This document shows positions 17,112 to 24,793 of a DNA stretch of 37,935 nucleotides, piece by piece. The notes under the pieces were generated by a model, which made no database searches, was not told the origin of the DNA, and saw nothing but the letters and a program-made list of their open reading frames with translations. Source of the DNA: Nanobdellati archaeon (GTDB lineage Archaea > EX4484-52 > JAADEF01); NCBI GenBank assembly GCA_015520895.1, contig WAPH01000009.1, forward strand, positions 1 to 37,935. Reading direction: 5' to 3'. The position numbers were made by a program, and so were the translations under genes. Each line of letters begins with the position of its first letter. Positions within the stretch are counted from its first letter, which is position 1.

Positions 17112-19538
17112 TTAGGATACAAAACCGCCTACTACTTTATCATCTTCTTTAAGATTAATTAATTTTACACCACGAGCATTTCTGCTTAACAGAGGTATAT
17201 TATTTAATGGTATTTTTATTGTGAGACCTTTCTTAGTTATTAGAGTAACGGATTCTTTTTGTGTAATATTTTCTGAAAAGGCAACTTCTTCACCTTTTAT
17301 TAATCTCATTCCTTTTCCTCCTCTGTTATGTACTGAGATTTCTTTTACTGATGTAACTTTACCATACCCGTTTGTTAGCACTACTGCTATTTTATCATTA
17401 TCCTTTTCTATAGGCAGAATTATTTTAGCAAATTCCTTATCCGGTTGTTTAAACCTCATTCCTATAATGCCGTGAGCTATTCTGCTTAACTCTTTAATCT
17501 GATTAACAGGAAATCGTATTGCTTGACCTTTATTGCTTATGATTAAAGCGTATTGATGGTGAGATGTAAATATCTTTACATCACTTACTTCTTCATTTTC
17601 ATGTAAAGATATGGCTTTTATTCCCGTTCTTCTTATATGGGCAAAATCCTTGATTTTAACCTTTTTTATATACCCTTTATTTGTCAGAAATACCAAATAA
17701 TTTTCAAAATTCTTTACATTTATTATTTTTATGATCTTCTCATCTTTTTGCATATCTTGGAAATATGTGTAAATACTTCTTCCTTTACTTGTTCTTGATT
17801 GTTCCTCTATGGCATATGCATGCATATTATATACTTTACCTTTATTACTAAAAAACAATAAAGTATCTTTGGAATGGGCATGTAGAACTTGCAATAAACT
17901 ATCCCCTTCTCTTAACTCTATTGCTTTTACACCTACACCTCCTCGCTTTTGCTCTTTGAACACATCTGCGTCCAATCTTTTGATATAATTGTATTTTGTT
18001 AAGATGATTACTATATCTTTTTCCTCTATTAATTCTTCTGCCTCTATGACTTTAGCACCTTTTACTATTTCAGTTCTTCTTTTATAACCATATTTCTCTT
18101 TAATTTCTTGAGTCTCTTTTATTATAATATCATAAACTTTATTTTTATCTTCTAATATAGCTTTTAGCTCTATTATTTTTTTCTCTAATTCTTCCAATTC
18201 TTTTTTTATTTTCTCTACTTCCAAAGAGGTTAACCTTACTAGCTGCATTTGTAATATGGCATTGACTTGCACTTCTGTTAGTGGGAACTCCTTCATTAAT
18301 TTCTGTGAAGCTTCTTGCTTATCTCGTGATGATTTTATTAATTGAACCACTCTATTAATATTAGCTAAAGCTATTATAAATCCGTCCAGGATGTGCTTTT
18401 TTTCTTCAGCTTTCTTAAGTTCATATTTGCTTCTTCGAGTTATGACCTCAAATCGATGTTGTATAAACTCCCAGAGCATGTCTTTTAAACTCAATAGTCT
18501 TGGTTCATCATTTACTAATGCAACATTTACTATGCCGTATGAAACTTTCAGAGGCGTATGAGCATATAAATAGTTTAGCACGTAATCAGGATTAGCGTCT
18601 TTTTTGAGATCTATGACTATTCTTATACCTTCTCTGTTACTCTCATCTCTTATTTCTTTAATCATATCTATTTTTCCTTCTTTAACCAGATTAGCAATAC
18701 TTTCTACAAGCTTAGATTTATTTATTTGATAGGGGATCTCTGTGACTATTAATCTTTTTTCTTCTACTTCTACTTTACTCCATATTTCTAATATACCTCT
18801 CCCATTTTCGTAAATTTTTTTTATTTTACCGTTGTCGTATATAGTTCCAGCAGTTGGAAAATCAGGTCCTTTTATGTATTGCATTAGCTCCTCTGTGCTT
18901 ATTTCTTCTTTTCTTTCTCTTTCTTTAGCTAGGTAAATGATAGCATCACATACTTCGTTGAGGTTATGAGGAGGTATGTTTGTTGCTAAACCTACTGCTA
19001 TACCCATTGAACCGTTAACTAATAAATTGGGTAATTTCGTCGGGAGAACTATTGGTTCTTTCAACGAATTGTCAAAATTAGGCACAAAATCTACGGTTTC
19101 TTTGTCAAGATCTGCAAGCATTTCTTCTGCTATTTTAGCTAATCTCACTTCTGTATAACGCATGGCTGCAGGAGCATCTCCGTCTATGCTCCCAAAATTT
19201 CCATGACCTTCTATTAAAGGTATGTTCATACTAAAGGGCTGAGCCATCCTTACTAAAGCGTCATATACTGCAGAATCTCCATGAGGATGATATTTACCTA
19301 AGACATCTCCCACAACTCTTGCTGATTTTTTGAAAGGTTTATTATGATATAAACCCATTTCATGCATAGCATAAAGTATGCGACGATGAACAGGTTTTAA
19401 CCCATCTCTTACATCAGGTAATGCTCTTCCTACTATAACGCTTAAAGCGTATGCTAAATAACTTTTTTTCATTTCCTCTGTTAGATCCACAGGGATAAGT
19501 TTTGTTTGTTTAATATTTTCTTTAGATAGGCTGTCCAT
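17112..19538 (-). CDS. gyrA: DNA gyrase subunit A
   Basis: [22 protein letters not shown] and active-site [10 protein letters not shown] are present, and the C-terminus is beta-pinwheel-like. The track start at 19547 is a TTG. The ATG at 19538 lies 21 nt from a TTTTAAAA box, so I use it. Confidence 0.96.
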   Translation of the reverse strand: MDSLSKENIKQTKLIPVDLTEEMKKSYLAYALSVIVGRALPDVRDGLKPVHRRILYAMHEMGLYHNKPFKKSARVVGDVLGKYHPHGDSAVYDALVRMAQPFSMNIPLIEGHGNFGSIDGDAPAAMRYTEVRLAKIAEEMLADLDKETVDFVPNFDNSLKEPIVLPTKLPNLLVNGSMGIAVGLATNIPPHNLNEVCDAIIYLAKERERKEEISTEELMQYIKGPDFPTAGTIYDNGKIKKIYENGRGILEIWSKVEVEEKRLIVTEIPYQINKSKLVESIANLVKEGKIDMIKEIRDESNREGIRIVIDLKKDANPDYVLNYLYAHTPLKVSYGIVNVALVNDEPRLLSLKDMLWEFIQHRFEVITRRSKYELKKAEEKKHILDGFIIALANINRVVQLIKSSRDKQEASQKLMKEFPLTEVQVNAILQMQLVRLTSLEVEKIKKELEELEKKIIELKAILEDKNKVYDIIIKETQEIKEKYGYKRRTEIVKGAKVIEAEELIEEKDIVIILTKYNYIKRLDADVFKEQKRGGVGVKAIELREGDSLLQVLHAHSKDTLLFFSNKGKVYNMHAYAIEEQSRTSKGRSIYTYFQDMQKDEKIIKIINVKNFENYLVFLTNKGYIKKVKIKDFAHIRRTGIKAISLHENEEVSDVKIFTSHHQYALIISNKGQAIRFPVNQIKELSRIAHGIIGMRFKQPDKEFAKIILPIEKDNDKIAVVLTNGYGKVTSVKEISVHNRGGKGMRLIKGEEVAFSENITQKESVTLITKKGLTIKIPLNNIPLLSRNARGVKLINLKEDDKVVGGFVS

Positions 19539-19559
19539 ATTTCTCAAATGTAGTTTAAG

Positions 19560-19602
19560 TTTTAAAAATGTACGAGTTTTTGCTTAAGCAAAACTTTTAA
19601 AA
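19560..19602. promoter_or_regulatory. Divergent gyrA/thrS promoter: two TTTTAAAA TATA boxes flanking a 16-bp perfect palindrome
   Basis: TTTTAAAA at 19560-19567 serves gyrA and TTTTAAAA at 19595-19602 serves thrS, each 21 nt from its ATG. The palindrome TTTTGCTTAAGCAAAA at 19578-19593 sits between them. Confidence 0.45.
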
Positions 19603-19623
19603 CTTCTTTTAGTAAACACTAAT

Positions 19624-20841
19624 ATGGTGAAAACACATAATGAATTAGGGAGAGAATTAGAGTTGTTTGATACTTACGAAGAGGCGGGTGCAGGACATAT
19701 TTTTTGGAAGCCTCGAGGTTATAAAGTATATAGTAATTTGATGAAATGGATAGAGTTTGAACATAAAAAGCGAGGCTATAAGGTTATAAGAACTCCTATG
19801 ATATTCAGATCTCATTTATGGGAGAAATCAGGACACAAGCAAATGTATGGAGATATGATGTATTTATTTGAAATTAAAAAACAAGATCTTAAAGAGGAAT
19901 GGGGAATAAAACCTATGAATTGTCCGGCGCATATTATTTTGTATAAAAGCGAAAGAAGAAGTGAAAAATCATTACCTCTAAAGTTTTTTGAATTAGGTTT
20001 TGTTCACAGGCACGAATTAAGTGGCGTATTGAATGGACTTTTGAGAGTAAGGAGTTTTATGCAAGATGACGCTCATATTTTTGTTAAGAAGGATCAAATT
20101 GCTAAAGAGATTTCTAATGTTATAGATTTTATAGAATATGTATTCGAACTATTTGACTTAAAAGATCGAAAATTTTATCTTTCAACAATGCCGGAGAAAC
20201 ATTTAGGTGATGCAGAAACATGGAGACTTGTTGAAAAAGAAATGGATAAAGCTTTACGATCTCGTAAGGTTAATTATGAGATTGCAGAAGGTGAGGGAGC
20301 ATTTTATGGTCCGAAGATAGATGTTGAGGTTAAAGATAATTTAGGAAGGTACTGGCAACTTTCGACTGTTCAACTTGACTTTAATCTTCCTGAAAGATTT
20401 GATGTTAATTATTATGACGGAGAAGGAAAGAAACATAGAGTTTATTTAATTCATCGAGCCGTTTTAGGTAGTTTAGAGAGATTTATCGGTGTTTTATTAG
20501 AACATTATGAAGGTAAGTTACCATTGCTTTTTTCCCCTTATCAAATAGCTGTATTGCCTATAGTTAATACTGAACCATCTTTAGTTGAATATGCTAAGGA
20601 AATAAAACGAAATATAGAGAGATCAACTAATTTATTAGTCGAAGTAGATGTGTGGGATCAAGATAAAACATTAAATAAAAAGATACGAGAGGCAGAAAGG
20701 AAAAAATATACTTATATTCTTGTTGTTGGCGAAAAAGAGTTAAGAAACAAAGAGGTTAATGTGCGAGGCAAAGGTAATATAAAAATTGAGCAACTATATG
20801 CTGAGATAGAAAAAGAAATTCGTAAATGGTATAATTATTAA
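19624..20841 (+). CDS. thrS: Threonyl-tRNA synthetase, catalytic plus anticodon-binding domains only (no N-terminal editing domain)
   Basis: Class II core (FRSHLWEKSGH, MNCPAH, RVRSFMQDDAHIF, HRAVLGSLERFIGVLLEH) plus a C-terminal anticodon-binding domain. It is only 405 aa, and the upstream sequence is the gyrA promoter, so there is no room for an editing domain. Confidence 0.92.
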   Translation: MVKTHNELGRELELFDTYEEAGAGHIFWKPRGYKVYSNLMKWIEFEHKKRGYKVIRTPMIFRSHLWEKSGHKQMYGDMMYLFEIKKQDLKEEWGIKPMNCPAHIILYKSERRSEKSLPLKFFELGFVHRHELSGVLNGLLRVRSFMQDDAHIFVKKDQIAKEISNVIDFIEYVFELFDLKDRKFYLSTMPEKHLGDAETWRLVEKEMDKALRSRKVNYEIAEGEGAFYGPKIDVEVKDNLGRYWQLSTVQLDFNLPERFDVNYYDGEGKKHRVYLIHRAVLGSLERFIGVLLEHYEGKLPLLFSPYQIAVLPIVNTEPSLVEYAKEIKRNIERSTNLLVEVDVWDQDKTLNKKIREAERKKYTYILVVGEKELRNKEVNVRGKGNIKIEQLYAEIEKEIRKWYNY

Positions 20842-20882
20842 AAAAATAAAAAAGCAGTAGTTCGTGTAGGGCTAAGGGGGTT

Positions 20883-21947
20883 TTAACGTATCATTTCTAT
20901 ACCTAACGCATCATGTATGCTTACTTCATTACTTTCTTTTTGTTCTACTTCTTTACCCAATATATATGGGCTTTTTACACCCGTAACTATTGTTATTACT
21001 CTTATCTTCCCATTCATAGATGGATCTATTCTTGCACCCCATATGGTTTGAGCGCCACTATCGAGCATTCCTGCAACGTATTCTCCTATCTCGTTAATCT
21101 CATCTAATTTTAAATCTTCACCTCCTGTGATGTGTATTAATGCACCATTGGCTCCTTGATAATCCACGTCAAGTAATGGATTGCGTAATGCTTGTTCTAC
21201 TGCTTCTCTTGCTCTTGCTGCTGAACTTGATTCTCCTAATCCTATGATTGCTACTCCTCCAACGCTCATTACTGCTTTTACATCAGCAAAATCTAAGTTA
21301 ACTATAGATGGTATGGCTATTGTTTCGGTTATACCTTTTATCATGGTTACGACTATTTCATCAACAACAGCAAAAGCTTGTTGCAAAGGCATATTACCTG
21401 CTATTTCCACTAACCTATCATTTTGTATTACTATTACAGTATCTGTGACTTTTCTTAATTCAGCCAACCCATCTTCAGCTTTATGTATTCTAGCACCTTC
21501 TATTTTAAAAGGCATCGTTGTTACTCCTATGACTATGGCACCCTGGTTTTTTGCTATTTCTGCAACTACAGGAGCAGCACCAGTACCTGTACCCCCTCCC
21601 ATTCCAGCAATTAAGAAAACCATATCTGCGCCTCTTAATACTTCTCTGATTTGATTAAGACTTTCTTCCGCAGCTTTTCTTCCTACTTGAGGGTAGCCTC
21701 CTGCACCTAAACCTCTGGTTTGTTCTTGACCTAGTAATATTTTCTTTTGAGCTTTTATCATTTTAAGATGTTTTTGATCTGTATTCATCGCAACAGTTTC
21801 TGCACCTTTTATACCTACCTGAGTTAGGCGGTTTATAACATTACATCCCATACCTCCTACTCCTACTACTACTATTTTAGCTTCTTCAACTTCTACGTCT
21901 TCCCATTCATTTGCCCTGGACAGCGCATTTTTTATAATAGATTCCAT
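20883..21947 (-). CDS. ftsZ: Cell division protein FtsZ
   Basis: Tubulin signature GGGTGTGAAPV, plus NTD and VVGVGGMGCN. An SD-like GAGGGGG lies upstream of the ATG. Confidence 0.96.
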   Translation of the reverse strand: MESIIKNALSRANEWEDVEVEEAKIVVVGVGGMGCNVINRLTQVGIKGAETVAMNTDQKHLKMIKAQKKILLGQEQTRGLGAGGYPQVGRKAAEESLNQIREVLRGADMVFLIAGMGGGTGTGAAPVVAEIAKNQGAIVIGVTTMPFKIEGARIHKAEDGLAELRKVTDTVIVIQNDRLVEIAGNMPLQQAFAVVDEIVVTMIKGITETIAIPSIVNLDFADVKAVMSVGGVAIIGLGESSSAARAREAVEQALRNPLLDVDYQGANGALIHITGGEDLKLDEINEIGEYVAGMLDSGAQTIWGARIDPSMNGKIRVITIVTGVKSPYILGKEVEQKESNEVSIHDALGIEMIR

Positions 21948-22075
21948 TTCTTACAACCCCCTCTGAATTATTTATCATCATTTATATTTTATTATATCGA
22001 TATACCAATATATATTTTATATAATATATGCTTGAGTACAATAATCTATATTAATGTCTACAAACATATATACTT

Positions 22076-22227
22076 TTAAGCCCTAAGCACTTTAAATCGT
22101 GGAGAATTAGCCCAATAACTACTATTTAAGGTGTATTTGTTTAGCCCTATTAACTGATGCCCGAGATGATGAGGTATCTTTAGCCCTTAAACTTTAGCCC
22201 TATTGTTTAGCCCTTGAGTTAAGCCCT
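22076..22227 (+). repeat. Array of seven same-orientation copies of TTA(A)GCCC(T/A); the last four form a 13-14-bp tandem
   Basis: Copies lie at 22076-84 (TTAAGCCCT), 22107-14 (TTAGCCCA), 22141-48, 22180-87, 22194-22201, 22207-14 (all TTAGCCCT) and 22219-27 (TTAAGCCCT). They sit inside a 400-bp AT-rich spacer. Confidence 0.8.
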
Positions 22228-22345
22228 TACTTTCTATAATATTCTTTGAACTAATATATATCTTTTTATACTTAAAAATATATAATCAAATATATATTTC
22301 TTTAATATTGGTTTTTATCTTTTTTGTTAAAGAATTATTATATAT

Positions 22346-22629
22346 AAGGCACCACCCATAAGCCCCTTTTTGTTTCTTCCGTCATTTCCTTGTATGCTAA
22401 CAACAAGGATGATGGAATAGAGGGATTCCACTAAGCGCCGTACTGGCTTGCTTCCGCGGGGTTGCTTTTCAACTGTTTTGCAGCAACTCATTTTTAGTCA
22501 TTGTTAGCGCTGCAAAACAGGAATTTCTGTGCAGAGCCTGCCTTTTCAGGCATCTCCTTTACAGGAGACCGCCTTTTTGAAGAGGGGACTTTCCTGACCT
22601 TTTTGGCCAAACCCTCTGGGTGGTACCTT
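22346..22629 (-). ncRNA. rnpB: RNase P RNA
   Basis: GC-rich island. The minus strand contains CR-I AGGAAAGUCCCC and a 3' partner GGGGCUUAUGGG (P4 pairing AAGUCCCC/GGGGCUU). The terminal P1 helix is GGUACCACCCA/UGGGUGGUGCC. ACAGAAA is present. Length is about 280 nt. Confidence 0.78.
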
Positions 22630-22801
22630 AGTAGAGAGGAGCATATAAGTAATGGTGTAATAATATTATGATTATCATTAATGTGATTGCCCCTCCTATG
22701 ATATAAACAGGATGCAATTTTATATTGCTTATTTCTTCTTCATAATATCTTACCAATCCTGCTGTAGTTTGAGGCAAATATTTTTTTAATTTCTTGCTCA
22801 T
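22628..22801 (-). CDS. secG: Preprotein translocase subunit Sec61beta (archaeal SecG)
   Basis: 57 aa: MSKKLKKYLPQTTAGLVRYYEEE...single C-terminal TM. The TAGL(V/I)RY(F/Y)EEE motif is typical of the family. The track start at 22819 is a TTG. The ATG at 22801 lies 21 nt from the TATA box. Confidence 0.8.
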   Translation of the reverse strand: MSKKLKKYLPQTTAGLVRYYEEEISNIKLHPVYIIGGAITLMIIIILLHHYLYAPLY

Positions 22802-22822
22802 ATTATCTTTAGCATGCAAATA

Positions 22823-22832
22823 TATTTAAATT
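22823..22832. promoter_or_regulatory. Shared bidirectional TATA element (TATTTAAATT) for sec61beta and the divergent four-gene operon
   Basis: The intergenic spacer is 52 bp. TTTAAATA on the minus strand lies 21 nt from the ATG at 22801. TTTAAATT on the plus strand lies 21 nt from the ATG at 22854. Confidence 0.5.
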
Positions 22833-22853
22833 ATTAACGGATAATAATAAATT

Positions 22854-23525
22854 ATGGCATTTAATCCCCGTGCGTTTGCATTCTTTATTCTGGCATTAGC
22901 TAGTTTGGGTATTGCAGGATATTTGTTTAATAACGAATCTTCTTTATCATCAGACTTTTTTTCTATTTCTTTACCTACAGGATGGTTTGTTAATCAAAAC
23001 AAAGATTATATAAAAGCAGATATTAATCTTAACGGAACTTTTTCAGATAACCTTTATATTAAATTAGAAGATCAAACTCTTGAACTCACTTTACCTTCAT
23101 CATCACAAGTGGTTATCGACGAGAGTAAAGTAAGTTATTTTAATCCTTTAACTCTTACACTTAAGGATTTTAGCGGTAACATAAAATTAACACCTTATAA
23201 AATAGAAATAAATGGAGAAGTAAGTACCATAGTGAATGACGTAGAAGCTATGTCACATACTAAAGATAAGATATTATTCTCTTATAATGGCAGTTACGAT
23301 AGTATTCTTATTAAATCTTTACCCCCTCAAGACTTAATGATTAATCGATTTATGGGGAAGATAGATGCTCTCATAAAAGGTGATCATCTTTTATATGAAG
23401 TTTCCAATAAAAATATAGAGATAAGAGATTATGAAGGGTATTTTGCTATTCTTCAAGGAAGGATAGAATTAAGAGGGACTGGCTTGATTAGAAGTGATGT
23501 ATTGGAAGTATATGCGAGGGAATAA
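22854..23525 (+). CDS. Hypothetical secreted or membrane-anchored protein; the N-terminus fits a class III (prepilin-like) signal pattern
   Basis: MAFNPRA|FAFFILALASLGIAGYLF has R at -2, A at -1 and a hydrophobic +1 to +20. A Ser/Asn/Ile-rich, apparently beta-rich domain follows. I recognise no family. Confidence 0.6.
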   Translation: MAFNPRAFAFFILALASLGIAGYLFNNESSLSSDFFSISLPTGWFVNQNKDYIKADINLNGTFSDNLYIKLEDQTLELTLPSSSQVVIDESKVSYFNPLTLTLKDFSGNIKLTPYKIEINGEVSTIVNDVEAMSHTKDKILFSYNGSYDSILIKSLPPQDLMINRFMGKIDALIKGDHLLYEVSNKNIEIRDYEGYFAILQGRIELRGTGLIRSDVLEVYARE

Positions 23526-23526
23526 A

Positions 23527-23835
23527 ATGGATTTGTGGGTGATTTTGTTTGTTATAATAGGAGTAATGACTTTATTTTACATTTTTAATCTTCTTAAAAA
23601 TGCCTTAGTTCTTTTTTTGGTAACTACTTTAATTCTTTTTTTAGGAAGCAAATATGCACCTAACCATTTTACTTTTAATTTACAGTCTGTTTTATTGGCG
23701 AATCTAATTATTATCGGAGGTTACTTACTTTTAGAGATTCTAAATTTACTTTTTAATATTTTTGATATTGTATCATCTATATTTTCTTTTTTGCTTTCAC
23801 CTTTTAAGAAAAAGGGAGGGAAAAAAGATGAATAA
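23527..23835 (+). CDS. Hypothetical membrane protein (3 TM, basic C-tail KKKGGKKDE)
   Basis: The ATG lies 2 nt after the preceding stop, and an SD-like GAGGG lies 6 nt upstream. The protein is hydrophobic. Confidence 0.55.
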   Translation: MDLWVILFVIIGVMTLFYIFNLLKNALVLFLVTTLILFLGSKYAPNHFTFNLQSVLLANLIIIGGYLLLEILNLLFNIFDIVSSIFSFLLSPFKKKGGKKDE

Positions 23836-24025
23836 ATCGCATTTAGAGGTGCTTTATAAAGTTATAGGAATAATTTTATTTTTAGTTGCGATTATAAATG
23901 CTTTGGAAAATATCTTTTATATTATACCTTATTTTACAAAAGCAGTCTTAATGTATTTTACAGGTTTTATGTTATTATTTTTGAGCAATTATTTTTTATA
24001 CGAAGTTAAAGAAAAAAGGCGATGA
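23828..24025 (+). CDS. Hypothetical small membrane protein (2 TM, 65 aa)
   Basis: The ATG overlaps the preceding gene's end by 8 nt, and an SD GGGAGGG lies upstream. Confidence 0.5.
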   Translation: MNKSHLEVLYKVIGIILFLVAIINALENIFYIIPYFTKAVLMYFTGFMLLFLSNYFLYEVKEKRR

Positions 24026-24028
24026 ATT

Positions 24029-24793
24029 ATGTGGAGCGATTTTGTATTTGGTGTACTATTACCTGCATCATTAATCGCACTTATAGTTGGATTAATTTAC
24101 AGAAGCAAACCTATGGCTTTAAGAAGTGCAGCTCTTTATTTTTTCATAGTAGGTGGTATAGAGTTAAGTAAAAGTATGAAATTGGCTTATGCACTTTTTA
24201 TTACTTCTTTAATAATTTTAGGAAGTATTTATCTTTTCACATTGAAAAAATATAATCTTTATTTAGCAACATTTTTTGCGATTTTAGTATTGCTGATATT
24301 AGGAGCTTACGTTTTTTGGAGTGATGTTTTAAAGTCTTCATATGTAATATCGAATGCTACTGCGTATTGTATGACAAAAGAGAAAATTTTATCTCCTACT
24401 ATCCCTCTTACATTAAAAGGTGATTATCCTTACGCGCCTTATCAACCAAATTATCCGTATTGCACTATAGAATTCGTAGAGTCTTATAAAGGGTATTTAC
24501 CTATTACTTCTCCTAACTATTATCTTCTAATAAATTACTCTTCTTACTCTTCAACTTACCCTCTTTATCCTTTTATTTCTTCAAATTCAAATAAAGATTT
24601 CTGGAAAGGATTTAAAAGTAAGGTATCTTTTAGGAAAGAGTTATACATAAAAGATAATTTCACAGAAGCAAAACTTTGTTATGATTGGGGAAATAAATAC
24701 TTTTTAGGTTATTTTGAATATTATGATTTAGATGAAAGAACTGAAAAAGATTTTTATAAGTGTTTACCAATTCGTATATCTTTTAAGAAATAG
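24029..24793 (+). CDS. Hypothetical membrane protein: 4-5 N-terminal TMs plus a Tyr/Pro/Ser-rich ectodomain with four Cys
   Basis: The ATG lies 3 nt after the preceding stop. The C-terminal domain contains DYPYAPYQPNYPYC...YSSYSSTYPLYPF. I recognise no family. Confidence 0.6.
   Translation: MWSDFVFGVLLPASLIALIVGLIYRSKPMALRSAALYFFIVGGIELSKSMKLAYALFITSLIILGSIYLFTLKKYNLYLATFFAILVLLILGAYVFWSDVLKSSYVISNATAYCMTKEKILSPTIPLTLKGDYPYAPYQPNYPYCTIEFVESYKGYLPITSPNYYLLINYSSYSSTYPLYPFISSNSNKDFWKGFKSKVSFRKELYIKDNFTEAKLCYDWGNKYFLGYFEYYDLDERTEKDFYKCLPIRISFKK

Noticed and set aside
22150-22180. Possible C/D-box sRNA (CTGA ... ATGATGA) inside the repeat array
   Set aside because: CTGA and ATGATGA are present 8 nt apart, as for D' and C'. 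However, there is no terminal C box about 12 nt upstream, no D box about 12 nt downstream, and no terminal pairing. A similar ATGATGA at 29264 lacks a CUGA partner.
22178-22230. CRISPR array
   Set aside because: The repeat unit is only 13-14 bp with no spacers of unique sequence, and no cas genes or leader are nearby. It is a short tandem or iteron-like repeat, not a CRISPR. I saw no CRISPR-like array elsewhere in the window.
21948-22347. Calling this spacer a replication origin outright
   Set aside because: No orc1/cdc6 gene is adjacent, the repeats do not resemble ORB or mini-ORB elements I know, and all copies in the spacer are direct rather than inverted around a DUE. I keep origin only as one hypothesis within the repeat-array finding.
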